DNA from: Clostridia bacterium
Lineage (GTDB): Bacteria; Bacillota; Clostridia; UBA1381; UBA9506
Assembly: GCA_017629115.1 (NCBI GenBank)
Contig: JAGBXV010000050.1
Location: forward strand, 1-38,871
Length of the DNA stretch: 38,871 bases
Direction: 5' to 3'
The stretch's first letter is position 1; each line of letters starts with the position of its first letter. Of this stretch, positions 1-10,761 are shown piece after piece. A program made the position numbers and the translations under genes. Under the pieces are notes generated by a model, which made no database searches, was not told the origin of the DNA, and saw only the letters and a program-made list of their open reading frames with translations.

Positions 1-1
1 A

Positions 2-1096
2 GGACGAATGGGCGAAATTTTAACCGCCGACGGCTTCACCTATGACGATGCCGCATTGTCGCTGATTGCTGAACTTGGCGACGGCTCTATGCGCGACTCC
101 CTGTCTGTGCTTGACAAATGCGTGGGCGCAATAGACTCTCACCTGTCCTTTGACACAGTGACCAGTGTAACAGGCATTGCCGATAACGAGGTTATGTACG
201 AGTTAGCTTTGGCAGTTGCAAAAGGCGACACCGCTAAAGCTTTAATAAAAATAGACGAAATTATAGAAAAAGGCAAGGAGTTAGGACTCTTTGCGGAGCG
301 TTTTATAAAATACCTGCGTGACATTTTAATGGTCAAGGTAACAAATAAACCGGAGATTTTCTTAAACACTTCGGCAGAAAACGCTCAAAGAATAGACGAT
401 TTATCTGTAGAGTTTTCCAAGGAGCGTCTGGTGCGTTCAATTGAGCTTATGTGTGATGCATACGCTAACACCCGAGCATCCACCGCTGTTCGCACCGTGT
501 ATGAAATGGCACTGGTGAAAATGTGCGAGCCTGATACAGAGGACACCCATGATGCCTTACTTGACAGAATTGCTGTTTTAGAAGAAAAGCTTGCAAAAGG
601 CGATTTTGTTGTGACTAAACCCCAGCCGGCGACAAACGACAATTCTCTCCCTTGGGATGAGGACAAAAAGCCCGCACCCAAGGCAGAAAAAGCTCCGCCA
701 AAGCCTGTTGATACACCCAAGGCTAAACCGACAGTAAAAGAGCCTGAAGATAAACCTTTGGTTTCAGACGGCAGCGTGGCTTCACGCTGGCCTGAGATTA
801 TAAATCACATTAAAACCCACGGCGGTATGCCCCTTTACCCTCATCTTATGAGCGTTCACGCAAAAGAGGTAAACGGCAAGCTCTGTGTGGTTTTCGGAGA
901 AAATGTGGCAATGTCAAAAAGCATTGTATCAAAGGCCTCAAACATCGCCCTTATTAAGGACGCTGTAACAGCCGTAACAGGCGAAACTATGGAGGTGGCT
1001 TGCGTCACGCCCAAAGAAATTGGCGAAGATGCCGACGACCCATTGAAAAAATTAGAAGAGCTGGCAAAAAACCACTCTGAAATACAGTTTATATAG
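2..1096 (+). CDS. dnaX: DNA polymerase III subunit gamma/tau, C-terminal part (5' end lies outside the window)
   Basis: GSMRDSLSVLD sensor motif, helical collar domain, Pro/Lys-rich linker; followed by ybaB; frame is open from the window edge. Confidence 0.92.
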   Translation, partial: GRMGEILTADGFTYDDAALSLIAELGDGSMRDSLSVLDKCVGAIDSHLSFDTVTSVTGIADNEVMYELALAVAKGDTAKALIKIDEIIEKGKELGLFAERFIKYLRDILMVKVTNKPEIFLNTSAENAQRIDDLSVEFSKERLVRSIELMCDAYANTRASTAVRTVYEMALVKMCEPDTEDTHDALLDRIAVLEEKLAKGDFVVTKPQPATNDNSLPWDEDKKPAPKAEKAPPKPVDTPKAKPTVKEPEDKPLVSDGSVASRWPEIINHIKTHGGMPLYPHLMSVHAKEVNGKLCVVFGENVAMSKSIVSKASNIALIKDAVTAVTGETMEVACVTPKEIGEDADDPLKKLEELAKNHSEIQFI

Positions 1097-1111
1097 TTGG
1101 AGGAAAGAAAA

Positions 1112-1456
1112 ATGGCAAAAGGAAACAAATTCACAGGCGGCGGAAACCATAAAATGAACACCGCTATGCGTCAGGTGCAGATGATGCAGGAAGAAATGGA
1201 AAGAGTACAGAAAGAAATCGAAGAAAAAGTAATAGAAACTTCAGCCGGCGGCGGCAAGGTTAAGGTAGAAATGAAGGGTACAAAGGAAATTACCAAAATC
1301 ACAATCGACCCTGAAATTGTTGACCCTGACGACACAGAAATGTTAGAGGACTTAATCACAGTTGCTGTAAACGACGCTATCCGTCAGATTGAAGCAGCAG
1401 CCGAAGAAGGCATGGGCGCAATCACAGGAGGACTTAATATCCCCGGCTTGTTCTAA
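1112..1456 (+). CDS. ybaB: YbaB/EbfC family nucleoid-associated protein
   Basis: SAGGGKVKV...IDPEIVDPDDTEMLEDLI...GGLNIPGLF signature; ATG at 1112 after GGAGG. Confidence 0.93.
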   Translation: MAKGNKFTGGGNHKMNTAMRQVQMMQEEMERVQKEIEEKVIETSAGGGKVKVEMKGTKEITKITIDPEIVDPDDTEMLEDLITVAVNDAIRQIEAAAEEGMGAITGGLNIPGLF

Positions 1457-1459
1457 GAG

Positions 1460-2578
1460 GTGTCTTTTATGAAAGTGCTTTTATTATCCGTGCCTGCAGG
1501 CGGCGGACATTACCAGACAGCACGCGCTGTTTGCGATTACCTCAACACTTTAGATAACGCCCAGTGCGAAATACTGGATATTGCCGAAAATACAAACGGA
1601 TTTGTAAAAGGTTTTATATCAAATGGATACCTTTTTACCACCACCGCACTTCCTGCGGGGTACAGATTCTTTTACAACCTAATGAACAAACGCACAAAGC
1701 ACAGCTTTACTTTTGTGTCAAGGCTTTTGTACTGGGTTTGCGGCAAAAAGCTGGTAAAATATATAGAAAGCTATAAGCCCGATGTTGTTGTGTCAACTCA
1801 TCCCTTTGCTACGGTTGTGTTAAACATCCACGCAAAAAAGCATAAATTAAACACAAAAATAATATCAATTATTACAGACCTTACCATACAGCCTATGTGG
1901 GAGCAGACAACCTCTGATTACTTTATTACCGCATCGGATTTACTTTCCTATCAGGCACTTGTGAAGTGGGGTTCATGTGACAATGTGCTGCCTTTGGGCA
2001 TCCCTATAAGCACGAAATTTTCACATAAAACAAAAAAAGCGCAGGCACGCAAGTCTCTCGGTTTTCCCGATAAGTTTACCGTGCTGGTTATGATGGGGTC
2101 AATGGGGTACGGCAGTGCCGCAGCAAAGCTTATACGAGAGCTCGACTCTTTAACTGATGATTTTCATATCATCGCCGTGTGTGGCAACAACAAAACGCTA
2201 AAGGCACGCATTGAAAAGCTTAAAATAAATAAAAGTCTTACCGCTTACGGTTTTGTGAACAATGTGGCAGACCTTATGGACACAGCAGACTGTATTATTA
2301 CAAAGCCCGGCGGCCTGTCCTCATCGGAGGCTCTGGCAAAGAACTTACCTATTATCCTTGCCAATCCCATTCCCGGTCACGAGGACAGAAATCAGGAATT
2401 TTTGGTAAACAACGGCGCAGCAGTCGCCCTTTCTAAAACCTTTAAGGTTTCAGAGGCTGTTTACCAACTTATTTACTCAGAAGATATGTGCAAGCGTTTA
2501 TCCGAAAACGCTCATCACTTGGCTAAGCCCGATGCAACACGCAATCTGGCAGAGCTTATATTAAATATAAAAAGCTAA
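1460..2578 (+). CDS. MGDG synthase / UgtP-like diacylglycerol glycosyltransferase (GT28)
   Basis: GGGH N-terminal motif, STHPF, ITD, ITKPGGLSSSEA, PIPGHE..N motifs. Confidence 0.85.
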   Translation: MSFMKVLLLSVPAGGGHYQTARAVCDYLNTLDNAQCEILDIAENTNGFVKGFISNGYLFTTTALPAGYRFFYNLMNKRTKHSFTFVSRLLYWVCGKKLVKYIESYKPDVVVSTHPFATVVLNIHAKKHKLNTKIISIITDLTIQPMWEQTTSDYFITASDLLSYQALVKWGSCDNVLPLGIPISTKFSHKTKKAQARKSLGFPDKFTVLVMMGSMGYGSAAAKLIRELDSLTDDFHIIAVCGNNKTLKARIEKLKINKSLTAYGFVNNVADLMDTADCIITKPGGLSSSEALAKNLPIILANPIPGHEDRNQEFLVNNGAAVALSKTFKVSEAVYQLIYSEDMCKRLSENAHHLAKPDATRNLAELILNIKS

Positions 2579-2608
2579 ACGCCCTATGGCAGAAAGGTTG
2601 GGATATTT

Positions 2609-2938
2609 ATGAAACTGGTATTTGCAATTGTAAGCAACGACGATGCCAACACCGTAATGAAGCAGCTTAACAAAGAGGGCTTCTCTGTAACTAAAATGGC
2701 ATCAACAGGCGGCTTTTTAAGAGTTGGTAATGTTACGCTTTTAGTTGGTACAGACGAAGAAAAGGTTCAGGCTGTTATTGACATCATTTCCAAACACTCA
2801 GCAAAGCGCAAGCAGGTTGTTTTCTCGGCTGAGCCCTATATCGGCGCAAGCACCGGCTATATGTCATTCCCTGCCGAAATAGAAGTTGGCGGCGCTACAA
2901 TCTTTGTAGTAGATGTAGAAAGATTTGAGAAAGTCTGA
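2609..2938 (+). CDS. darA: cyclic-di-AMP receptor, PII-like (DarA/PstA/YaaQ)
   Basis: MKLVFAIV..DD, TKMASTGGFLR.GN.T, EVGGATIFV motifs; directly upstream of holB. Confidence 0.9.
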   Translation: MKLVFAIVSNDDANTVMKQLNKEGFSVTKMASTGGFLRVGNVTLLVGTDEEKVQAVIDIISKHSAKRKQVVFSAEPYIGASTGYMSFPAEIEVGGATIFVVDVERFEKV

Positions 2939-3948
2939 TGAGATTTCCTCAGCTTTACGGTCACGAAACAGTAAAACAAAGTCTTAGCTTAGCAATAGCT
3001 AATGACAGAATATCCAATGCCTATGTCTTTGAAGGAATTGAGGGTGTAGGCAAAAAGCTGTGCGCAAAAATCTTTTCACAGGCGCTGGTTTGCCAGTCGG
3101 ACAACGCCCCATGTGGAGTGTGCCCTGCTTGCATTCAGGCAAGAGCAAACACCCTGCCGGACATCATTGTTCCCAAAAAGGACAAGGATAGCAAAACTTT
3201 GGGTGTTGAGGAAGTGCGCCAGCAAATAATTGCGGAGGCTTACTTAAAACCCCGCAACACACAGCGCAAAATATTTATTATTGAGCAAGGCGACGAATTA
3301 AGTCCTGCTGCACAAAACGCACTTTTAAAGGTTTTGGAAGAGCCACCCTCTTATGTGACATTTATTATTTGCGTCACATCAAAGGAAAAGCTCCTGCCCA
3401 CCGTTTTGTCCCGCAGTCAGGTGATTTCGTTCTTTCCCTTGCCGTATATTACTGTGGCAGAGTACCTTACAGACAACCACGGATGTTCCCAAGAGGACGC
3501 CTCAGTTGTTGCCAAGCTCTCCCGAGGAAGCATAGGTGCGGCTGTGTCTTTCGCTTGCGACACAGCAAAAAAAGAGCGCATTGACAAAAGCGTTGGCGCT
3601 CTTATAAATCTTAAGAAAAACTCCTTACGCATTCGCGAAATGGTGGAGTTTTTAACCGAGGAAAAGGAAAATATTGAAGAAATTATCGACTATTTGCTTA
3701 CTTTCCTCAGAGACTGCGTACTGATTAAAACCGACCTTGTAGACAAGGCTGTTTTTTCAAACAAAGTCTCCGACATGAGAGTTTTTACACAAAATCTGAC
3801 AAAAAAGAAGCTTATTGCAGCTTTTGATAAATTAAACAGTTTAAAAATCAAACTAAAGCAAAATCTAAATTTTAACGCAACGGTTTCAGAGACCGTAATG
3901 CGTATATGGGAGGACTTCCATGACGAAGGTAGTGGGCATAAGATTTAA
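2938..3948 (+). CDS. holB: DNA polymerase III subunit delta'
   Basis: G.EGVGK, zinc module C..PCG.C..C, AQNALLKVLEEPP, LLPTVLSR. Confidence 0.92.
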   Translation: MRFPQLYGHETVKQSLSLAIANDRISNAYVFEGIEGVGKKLCAKIFSQALVCQSDNAPCGVCPACIQARANTLPDIIVPKKDKDSKTLGVEEVRQQIIAEAYLKPRNTQRKIFIIEQGDELSPAAQNALLKVLEEPPSYVTFIICVTSKEKLLPTVLSRSQVISFFPLPYITVAEYLTDNHGCSQEDASVVAKLSRGSIGAAVSFACDTAKKERIDKSVGALINLKKNSLRIREMVEFLTEEKENIEEIIDYLLTFLRDCVLIKTDLVDKAVFSNKVSDMRVFTQNLTKKKLIAAFDKLNSLKIKLKQNLNFNATVSETVMRIWEDFHDEGSGHKI

Positions 3949-4801
3949 GCCCGTAGGAAAAATCTATTACTTTAATCCTGAGGATATTGTCCTTGCCCCC
4001 GGCGACGGTGTTATAGTTGAAACAACACGCGGCGTGGAATACGGCACAGTAGTTCTTACGGATAAGGAAATAGACGAAAAAGAATTTAATATGCCGATTA
4101 AGAGCATTTTAAGAAAGGCGACAGACACAGATTGCGCAACCGCCGAGGACAATAAGAAAAAAGCAAAAGAAGCCTTTTCTATTTGTCTTGAAAAAATTGC
4201 AGCAAACAACCTGGAAATGAATTTGGTAGATGTTGAATACACATTTGACAGAAGCAAGGTGCTGTTTTACTTCACAGCCGACGGCAGAGTGGACTTCAGA
4301 CAACTGGTCAAAGACCTTGCGGCGGTATTCAGAACCCGCATTGAGCTTCGCCAGATTGGCGTAAGAGACGAAGCAAAGCTTTTGGGCGGCTTCGGTATTT
4401 GCGGAAGACCCTTGTGCTGTTCGCAGTTTTTGGGTGACTTTGAGCCTGTTTCAATCAAAATGGCTAAGGAACAGTCGTTGTCATTAAACCCCACTAAAAT
4501 TTCCGGCACCTGTGGTAGACTTATGTGCTGCTTAAAGTATGAGCAGGACGCATACGAAGAATTATTGGACAAAACACCCAATGTGGGCGCATTAGTAGAT
4601 ACGCCAATGGGGCGCGGAACAGTAATATCTTCACAGCTGTTGAAGGGTATCGTTTCTGTAAAGATGAACTCTGAAGATACCTTGGTTAACGATTTTAAGG
4701 TTTCTGACATTGTAATTATAAAGAACGCACAGCGCTCGCATCAAAATAAACAGACCGACGATGTTGATGCTAAGGCATTGGCTGAGTTAGAAAAAGATTA
4801 A
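3920..4801 (+). CDS. yaaT: PSP1-domain / stage 0 sporulation protein YaaT (RicT)
   Basis: FTADGRVDFR.LVKDLA, RQIGVRDEAK, GICGRPLCC, KISGTCGRLMCCLKYE. Confidence 0.93.
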   Translation: MTKVVGIRFKPVGKIYYFNPEDIVLAPGDGVIVETTRGVEYGTVVLTDKEIDEKEFNMPIKSILRKATDTDCATAEDNKKKAKEAFSICLEKIAANNLEMNLVDVEYTFDRSKVLFYFTADGRVDFRQLVKDLAAVFRTRIELRQIGVRDEAKLLGGFGICGRPLCCSQFLGDFEPVSIKMAKEQSLSLNPTKISGTCGRLMCCLKYEQDAYEELLDKTPNVGALVDTPMGRGTVISSQLLKGIVSVKMNSEDTLVNDFKVSDIVIIKNAQRSHQNKQTDDVDAKALAELEKD

Positions 4802-4816
4802 TACAGGAGGCAACAC

Positions 4817-5134
4817 ATGGCAGCACTTACAGAAAGAGAAGTATTAGTATACCGTGAAAAACCGTTGCTACGCGACGGCAACACTCTTTACTATGGAGAT
4901 TTTTCCGAAAACTTTATAGTAAGATTTACAATTTTAGAGTCAGAAAAGGTTAACGACCTTGATATGGCAACAAAAATTATTATTGAGCTTTTAGAGAAAA
5001 ACGGCGATGACATATCGCAGGCAAAGCTTACCAAAAAAGCAGAGCGCACAAGTATGTGGGCAGCACTGGATATTGGTATTTACTGGCTGGAAGATATACT
5101 TGAAATGGAAAAAGAATTCCTTAAAAATGCTTGA
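4817..5134 (+). CDS. hypothetical protein (105 aa)
   Basis: Strong AGGAGG RBS, operonic position after yaaT, followed by a terminator. Confidence 0.75.
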   Translation: MAALTEREVLVYREKPLLRDGNTLYYGDFSENFIVRFTILESEKVNDLDMATKIIIELLEKNGDDISQAKLTKKAERTSMWAALDIGIYWLEDILEMEKEFLKNA

Positions 5135-5162
5135 TAAAATTGCTTGGACCGCATAAAATATC

Positions 5163-5201
5163 AAAACAAAAGACCGTAGCATAGCTACGGTCTTTTGTTT
5201 T
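5163..5201. terminator. bidirectional intrinsic terminator
   Basis: 18-bp perfect inverted repeat aaaacaaaagaccgtagc-ata-gctacggtcttttgtttt between convergent genes. Confidence 0.88.
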
Positions 5202-6753
5202 AATAGTGTATATAAATATTTTGAGTTTCGGGTATCCATTCTATTTCGCACCCAAGGCTTGACGCAACGCTTCTTAGAGGAATCATCGTTATGCCATCAA
5301 TCAGCTCAGGTGCTGATGAAACAGTTGCCGCAACGCCGTTTACAAAGCTTATTTTACTGCCTATTGTCAGTGAAATTCTTTTTCGGTTAAGAGATATACT
5401 TATACGCTTAGTGCTTGCGTCCCATGTGATTGTGCCACCCATGTACTCCACCACATCGCGAAGGGGTACCATAGTCACGCCGTTAATCAGCGCAGGTGCT
5501 GCGGTCAGTCTTTTTGCCGTTGCTTGCTTTAGGGCATAAGGACTGCCAATTCTCATTGAGATACATTTTTCCGCACCGGGTATTGTGGGGATGCTTTCAA
5601 TATCTGCCACATCAATTATTTCTTCGTATGTGCCAACACTTTCGTCCTTGGTGTCTGTAGGCTCAGGCGTTGAGGGTTTGTCATTGCCTGCTGCAGGATT
5701 TGACGGAGTAACAACAGGTACTTCTACAGGTTCTTCGCTTTTGGTCACTTCCAGTGTCAAAAATCCGTAGGTATAACCATCCATAGAGTAAAAGGCTCTG
5801 CCGTTTCTGTACTCACCGCAATCAGCAAACACAGGTGTCACGATTTCATCACCCTGTTCATTTATATAACCCCAAAGATTATCCTTAAACACTCTTGCTA
5901 CGCCGTCGGTAAAGGTATAGCAAAAATCATAATCTGTTTGCATAAGCCATTTTCCCTGGGCATTTATATATCCGCTTTTGCCGTTTGCCTTGGCAGGGAA
6001 ACGCCCTTTATCGTCAGGCTCGCCAATATAATCAAATGTAAACGCTGATGTTCTCTTGCCGGTGGTGTCTATTATACCATAGCCTGAATCCAGCGCACAA
6101 ACTGCGTAACCGTCTTTAAAATCACCTGCAAATTTATAGGTGGGTTTTACCTGATAAGCACCATAAGTGGTAATGTAACCCCACTTTTCGCCAAATTTTA
6201 CTGCGGCAAAGCCCTCGTGAAAATCAAACCCCATATCAAACTGAGGATGAATAATTATACTGCCTGTTGTGTCACAATAACCATAGAGACCGCCCTGTAC
6301 ACCGCACACTGCCCCATCTCCGGGCGTAAACGAATAATCAAAGGGCGAAATAAAAGCGATTTCACCTGAGCGGTTTATGTATGCGTACTTTCCTTCGGCT
6401 GTCATAACTCTGGCAAGGTCATCCGAGAAATTTTCGGCTTTCTGGAACTGATAGGGAATAAGCACATCTCCCTCATAGGAAATGTAGCCCCAAAGCCCGT
6501 CATATTTGGCAGGGATATATTTGTCCACAATTTCGCCCATTGCCTCCCAGTTGTAGCCTGTTATGGGATAGCCGTTTGTATCGCATATACCCCAGAGGGA
6601 GTTTTTGGAAACCTTTGTTACATTACTGTAAAAGGAATCCGCCATATTATATATAGGCTCGCGCATAACGGTATAACCTTCGTATGCACAAACTGTATGT
6701 ATAGGAAGCAAGCTGATGACTGTTATCAACAGCAATGATAATATTTTCTTCAT
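5200..6753 (-). CDS. secreted WG-repeat protein with C-terminal copper-amine-oxidase-like (stalk) domain
   Basis: Signal peptide, repeated KWGYI...G...F.DG.A units, C-terminal TMVPLR...G..I.W repeats. Confidence 0.85.
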   Translation of the reverse strand: MKKILSLLLITVISLLPIHTVCAYEGYTVMREPIYNMADSFYSNVTKVSKNSLWGICDTNGYPITGYNWEAMGEIVDKYIPAKYDGLWGYISYEGDVLIPYQFQKAENFSDDLARVMTAEGKYAYINRSGEIAFISPFDYSFTPGDGAVCGVQGGLYGYCDTTGSIIIHPQFDMGFDFHEGFAAVKFGEKWGYITTYGAYQVKPTYKFAGDFKDGYAVCALDSGYGIIDTTGKRTSAFTFDYIGEPDDKGRFPAKANGKSGYINAQGKWLMQTDYDFCYTFTDGVARVFKDNLWGYINEQGDEIVTPVFADCGEYRNGRAFYSMDGYTYGFLTLEVTKSEEPVEVPVVTPSNPAAGNDKPSTPEPTDTKDESVGTYEEIIDVADIESIPTIPGAEKCISMRIGSPYALKQATAKRLTAAPALINGVTMVPLRDVVEYMGGTITWDASTKRISISLNRKRISLTIGSKISFVNGVAATVSSAPELIDGITMIPLRSVASSLGCEIEWIPETQNIYIHY

Positions 6754-6940
6754 TTTGTTGCCCTTTCTGCTAAAATAAGCGGCAAAATATTCGCTTTTTT
6801 TCCTGTCACACTTTGTGACACATTATATTTTATAACATTTTCTTTAAAAATTCAATAAAATATGAAAAAAAACTATGATTTTTGCGCGTATAGTGGTATA
6901 ATTATCCTGAGGTATTATGATTGTTAAGGAGGAAAGCTAA

Positions 6941-7960
6941 ATGAGCAAGGTTATAACTGTAAAAAAACCTCAGGATTTTTATCAACTCGACGCACCTGCT
7001 GAGGCACTGGCTTCAGGGGAGCTTGTGGCTTTTCCCACCGAAACCGTTTACGGTCTGGGGGCAAACGCTCTTGATGCTTTTGCTGTAAAATCTATTTTTA
7101 CAGCAAAAGGCAGACCTCAGGACAATCCGCTGATAGTTCACATAGCACATAAAAGCCAGATTTACGAATTGGTAAAATCAGTACCCCCTGCAGCAGAGAA
7201 GATTTTAGACACTCTCGCACCGGGTCCTGTTACAATAATTTTAGAAAAAAACGATGTTATTCCCGATGTGGTAACTGCCGGCGGAAAAACCGTTGCTGTG
7301 CGTATTCCGGAAAATTACATTGCTCAAGAATTGATTGCGCGCGCAGGTGTGCCTGTGGCAGCACCCTCTGCCAACACCTCGGGAAAACCCAGCCCTACAA
7401 AGGCAGAGCATGTTAAAGAAGATTTGTGGGACAAGGTAAGTTACATCATTGACGGCGGTAGCTGCAGTGTAGGGCTTGAGTCTACCGTTATAGACCTTAC
7501 CGTTACGCCCCCTGCCATACTGCGTCCCGGTGGCATTTCACACGAGGAGTTAGCTGCTCTTATAGGGGAAGTGCGGGGGTATAAGAGCGGCGATTCTGAT
7601 ACCACCGCACCAAAAAGTCCCGGTATGAAATACCGCCACTATGCCCCAAAAGCAAAAATGAAAGTTTTCAAAGGACAAGCCTTTGAGGAGGCAATTAAAG
7701 AAACTATTGCAGCCACCCCTCAGGTAAATGTGTGCGTTCTCACAGCAGGCGAGCGCACATACCAAGGCGCTAAGACCATAAATTGCGGCGCAACACCTGA
7801 AGAATATTCAAAAAATCTTTTTGACGCTTTGCGCACAGCCGATAACCAAGGGGCAGACATTATTTTGGCTGAGCTTCCATTCCCCTCAGGCGGTATCGCT
7901 ACAGCCCTTTATAACAGAATTTATAAATCCTGCGGAGGCAATGTGGTATTATGCAAATAG
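6941..7960 (+). CDS. sua5: L-threonylcarbamoyladenylate synthase Sua5/YwlC
   Basis: FPTETVYGLG, KGRPQDNPLIVH, APSANTSGKPSPT, PGMKYRHYAP. Confidence 0.94.
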   Translation: MSKVITVKKPQDFYQLDAPAEALASGELVAFPTETVYGLGANALDAFAVKSIFTAKGRPQDNPLIVHIAHKSQIYELVKSVPPAAEKILDTLAPGPVTIILEKNDVIPDVVTAGGKTVAVRIPENYIAQELIARAGVPVAAPSANTSGKPSPTKAEHVKEDLWDKVSYIIDGGSCSVGLESTVIDLTVTPPAILRPGGISHEELAALIGEVRGYKSGDSDTTAPKSPGMKYRHYAPKAKMKVFKGQAFEEAIKETIAATPQVNVCVLTAGERTYQGAKTINCGATPEEYSKNLFDALRTADNQGADIILAELPFPSGGIATALYNRIYKSCGGNVVLCK

Positions 7961-8388
7961 TAAAAATGGAACCCCGCCACATACCCGCCATTCTTCAGGT
8001 GGAGCAGGAATGCTTTCACTCGCCCTGGAGCGAAAAGATGTTTTCTGAAGAGCTTTCCGGCAAGTTTTCACACTACTATGTAGCAGAAGTATGCGGCTGC
8101 GCCGTGGCTTATATGGGAATGTGGGCACTGTCCGGAGAGGGGCATATAACTAACATTGCCGTAGCAAAAGCTTACAGGCGGCAAGGCATTGCAAAGTCAC
8201 TGCTTAACCGCTTTATAGAAATAGCGAAAGAAGAAAATCTTGAATTTATGACCTTAGAGGTACGCACATCAAACACCCCTGCAATTGCTCTTTATGAGTC
8301 ATTTGGCTTTGAGCAGGTGGGTGTGCGGAAAAAATATTACGAAAATAGCGAAGACGCACTTTTATTAACAAAGTTTTTTGGAGAATAA
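7951..8388 (+). CDS. rimI: ribosomal protein S18-alanine N-acetyltransferase
   Basis: GNAT motifs HITNIAV..YRRQGIA, LEVR.SN..AI.LY..FGF...G.RK.YY; next to tsaD. Confidence 0.9.
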   Translation: MQIVKMEPRHIPAILQVEQECFHSPWSEKMFSEELSGKFSHYYVAEVCGCAVAYMGMWALSGEGHITNIAVAKAYRRQGIAKSLLNRFIEIAKEENLEFMTLEVRTSNTPAIALYESFGFEQVGVRKKYYENSEDALLLTKFFGE

Positions 8389-8390
8389 GT

Positions 8391-9398
8391 ATGGACAATC
8401 TTATTTTAGCAATCGAATCATCCTGTGACGAAACCTCTGCCGCCGTTATAAAAAACGGCCGTCAGGTTAAATCATGCGTGATTTCATCACAAATAGAGAT
8501 ACACAAAAAATTCGGCGGCGTTGTTCCCGAAGTAGCATCACGAAACCACATTTTAAACATATCTTCCGTGGTGGGCGAGGCTATGGAAAAGGCTAAGGTT
8601 CAGTATTCTGACCTGTCAGCCGTTGCCGTAACCTACGGTCCGGGGTTAATTGGTGCTTTGCTGGTGGGCGTATCCTATGCAAAAGGTATTGCCGCAGCAA
8701 ACAACATCCCCTTGGTGGCAGTAAACCACATACACGGACATATTGCTGCCAATTACATCACCCATGCAGAGCTTGAGCCTCCTTTTGTTTGTTTGGTGGC
8801 ATCGGGCGGTCACAGCCATATTCTGTATGTAGAAGATTACATGAAGTTTGAAATTTTAGGACGCACCCGTGACGACGCAGCAGGCGAAGCCTTTGACAAA
8901 ATTGCACGAGTTATCGGTTTGGGGTATCCCGGCGGTCCTAAAATCGAAGCTTTGGCAAAAGAGGGCGATGACGCTGCCATGAAATTCCCCAGAGTGGAAT
9001 TTGCGGACGCTCCTTATGACTTCAGCTTCAGCGGAGTTAAAACCTCTGTTATAAATTATTTGCACAACGCAGAGCAAAAAGGCACACCCGTAAATTCTGC
9101 AAATATTGCTGCAAGCTTTCAAAAAGCCGTAACAGATGTTTTAACAGCACACACTATCCGTGCTTGCCTTGATAAAAAAGTTTCCAAGGTGGTACTGGCA
9201 GGCGGTGTAAGTGCAAATGGTGCACTGCGTGAATCCTTTATGCGCGCAGCCCAGGAAAACAACCTTGAACTTTATTACCCACAGCCCATATACTGCACCG
9301 ACAACGCAGCAATGATAGGGTGTGCTGGGTACTATAAATTTTTAGAGGGCAACTTTGCCGACAGCAGTCTTAACGCTGTGGCAAATCTGAAACTCTAA
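8391..9398 (+). CDS. tsaD: tRNA threonylcarbamoyltransferase subunit TsaD
   Basis: [45 protein letters not shown]. Confidence 0.96.
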   Translation: MDNLILAIESSCDETSAAVIKNGRQVKSCVISSQIEIHKKFGGVVPEVASRNHILNISSVVGEAMEKAKVQYSDLSAVAVTYGPGLIGALLVGVSYAKGIAAANNIPLVAVNHIHGHIAANYITHAELEPPFVCLVASGGHSHILYVEDYMKFEILGRTRDDAAGEAFDKIARVIGLGYPGGPKIEALAKEGDDAAMKFPRVEFADAPYDFSFSGVKTSVINYLHNAEQKGTPVNSANIAASFQKAVTDVLTAHTIRACLDKKVSKVVLAGGVSANGALRESFMRAAQENNLELYYPQPIYCTDNAAMIGCAGYYKFLEGNFADSSLNAVANLKL

Positions 9399-9427
9399 AA
9401 CTTCTTTAAAAGAAAGGAAGTGCATTA

Positions 9428-10720
9428 ATGGACGAAAAAGAACTTCTGACTACTGAGCCTGAAAAAACAGAGCCCCCTGTTGCCGATGTTGAAAATGACA
9501 CATCTGCCCACAGTGAGGAAAAGAAAGCTGCCATGGCTCATATGGAAAGTATTTTTGAGCAGGTTTCTGCAATCCGTGGCGATGACAAAGCACCGACACC
9601 CGCACCCGAAAAAACTGAAGATGCACCCGAAAGCAACAAAACAGAAATTGAACTCATTACACTAAAGACTCTTACCGACGAGGAAAAAGAGCAAAAAGAA
9701 CAGGAGCAGGAAGCTAAGCGTCAGGCAAAAAACCGCAGTCTTATTATAAGGGCCGTTATATGTATTCTTGTGGCGGCAATAGTTATCTTCGGCGGTTATT
9801 TGTATGTTGACTATATGCCCAAAAACATAGAAGGAACAGTTGTTGTAACCATTCCTCAGGGGGCAAGCACCGACCGAATTGCCGAAGAATTGAAAAAGAG
9901 CAAGCTCATCAACTCCGAGCTGTTCTTTAAGGCAATGTCACGCATACGCGGTATGGATAGCAAATACAATTACGGCAAATTCGAAATAGACCGCAGCGCC
10001 GGCTATGAAGCTATTTTTAAAATTCTTTCCGCCCCCGGAAACGCTATGGAAAGCGTACGAGTAACAATTCCCGAAGGATATGAAGTCTATAAAATTGCAG
10101 ACCTTTTGGAGTCAAAAGGTCTGATTGACAAGGATAAGTTCTATTATCTTATTGACAACGGAAACTTTGACTACGATTTCGTACAGAACATCCCCCAACG
10201 AGAAATGCGACTGGAGGGCTACCTTTTCCCCGACACTTATGACTTCGTTCCAAATGACGAATACGGCATTATCAACGAAATGCTTGGTCGGTTTGAGCAG
10301 TTTTACTTAAAATACGAAATTGACATCGAAAGCTCTGATATGACCATGGATGAAATAATAACCTTAGCGTCCATCATAGAGCGTGAAGCAGGCTCAGCTG
10401 ACAAAAAGCTTGTTTCAAGCGTGTTCCACAACCGAATTAAGAGTCCTCAGTATCCGTACTTGCAGTCATGTGCTACGGTACAGTATGTGTTAAAGGAAAG
10501 AAAGCCTGTGCTTTCTTATGAGGATACGCAGATTGACAGCCCGTATAACACATATATAAATAAGGGACTTCCCATAGGGCCTATTGCGTCGCCCGGCGAA
10601 GCGTCCCTTGAGGCGGCTCTTTATCCTGAAAACACAAATTACTATTTCTTCGTGCTTGGCAGCGACGGAAGTCACCATTTCTCCCAAACATACGAAGAAC
10701 ACTTGCAGGCGCAAAATTAA
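9428..10720 (+). CDS. mltG: endolytic transglycosylase MltG (YceG family)
   Basis: Single TM helix, TIPEGY, LEGYLFPDTY, LASIIERE, SPYNTY..GLP.GPI.SPG. Confidence 0.92.
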   Translation: MDEKELLTTEPEKTEPPVADVENDTSAHSEEKKAAMAHMESIFEQVSAIRGDDKAPTPAPEKTEDAPESNKTEIELITLKTLTDEEKEQKEQEQEAKRQAKNRSLIIRAVICILVAAIVIFGGYLYVDYMPKNIEGTVVVTIPQGASTDRIAEELKKSKLINSELFFKAMSRIRGMDSKYNYGKFEIDRSAGYEAIFKILSAPGNAMESVRVTIPEGYEVYKIADLLESKGLIDKDKFYYLIDNGNFDYDFVQNIPQREMRLEGYLFPDTYDFVPNDEYGIINEMLGRFEQFYLKYEIDIESSDMTMDEIITLASIIEREAGSADKKLVSSVFHNRIKSPQYPYLQSCATVQYVLKERKPVLSYEDTQIDSPYNTYINKGLPIGPIASPGEASLEAALYPENTNYYFFVLGSDGSHHFSQTYEEHLQAQN

Positions 10721-10758
10721 AAAATAAAACGCACACTATTGTGTGCTTTTTATTTTTA
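10721..10758. terminator. bidirectional terminator between mltG and recA
   Basis: aaaataaaa.gcacac-tatt-gtgtgc-tttttatttt imperfect hairpin flanked by A and T tracts. Confidence 0.7.
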
Positions 10759-10761
10759 TAA

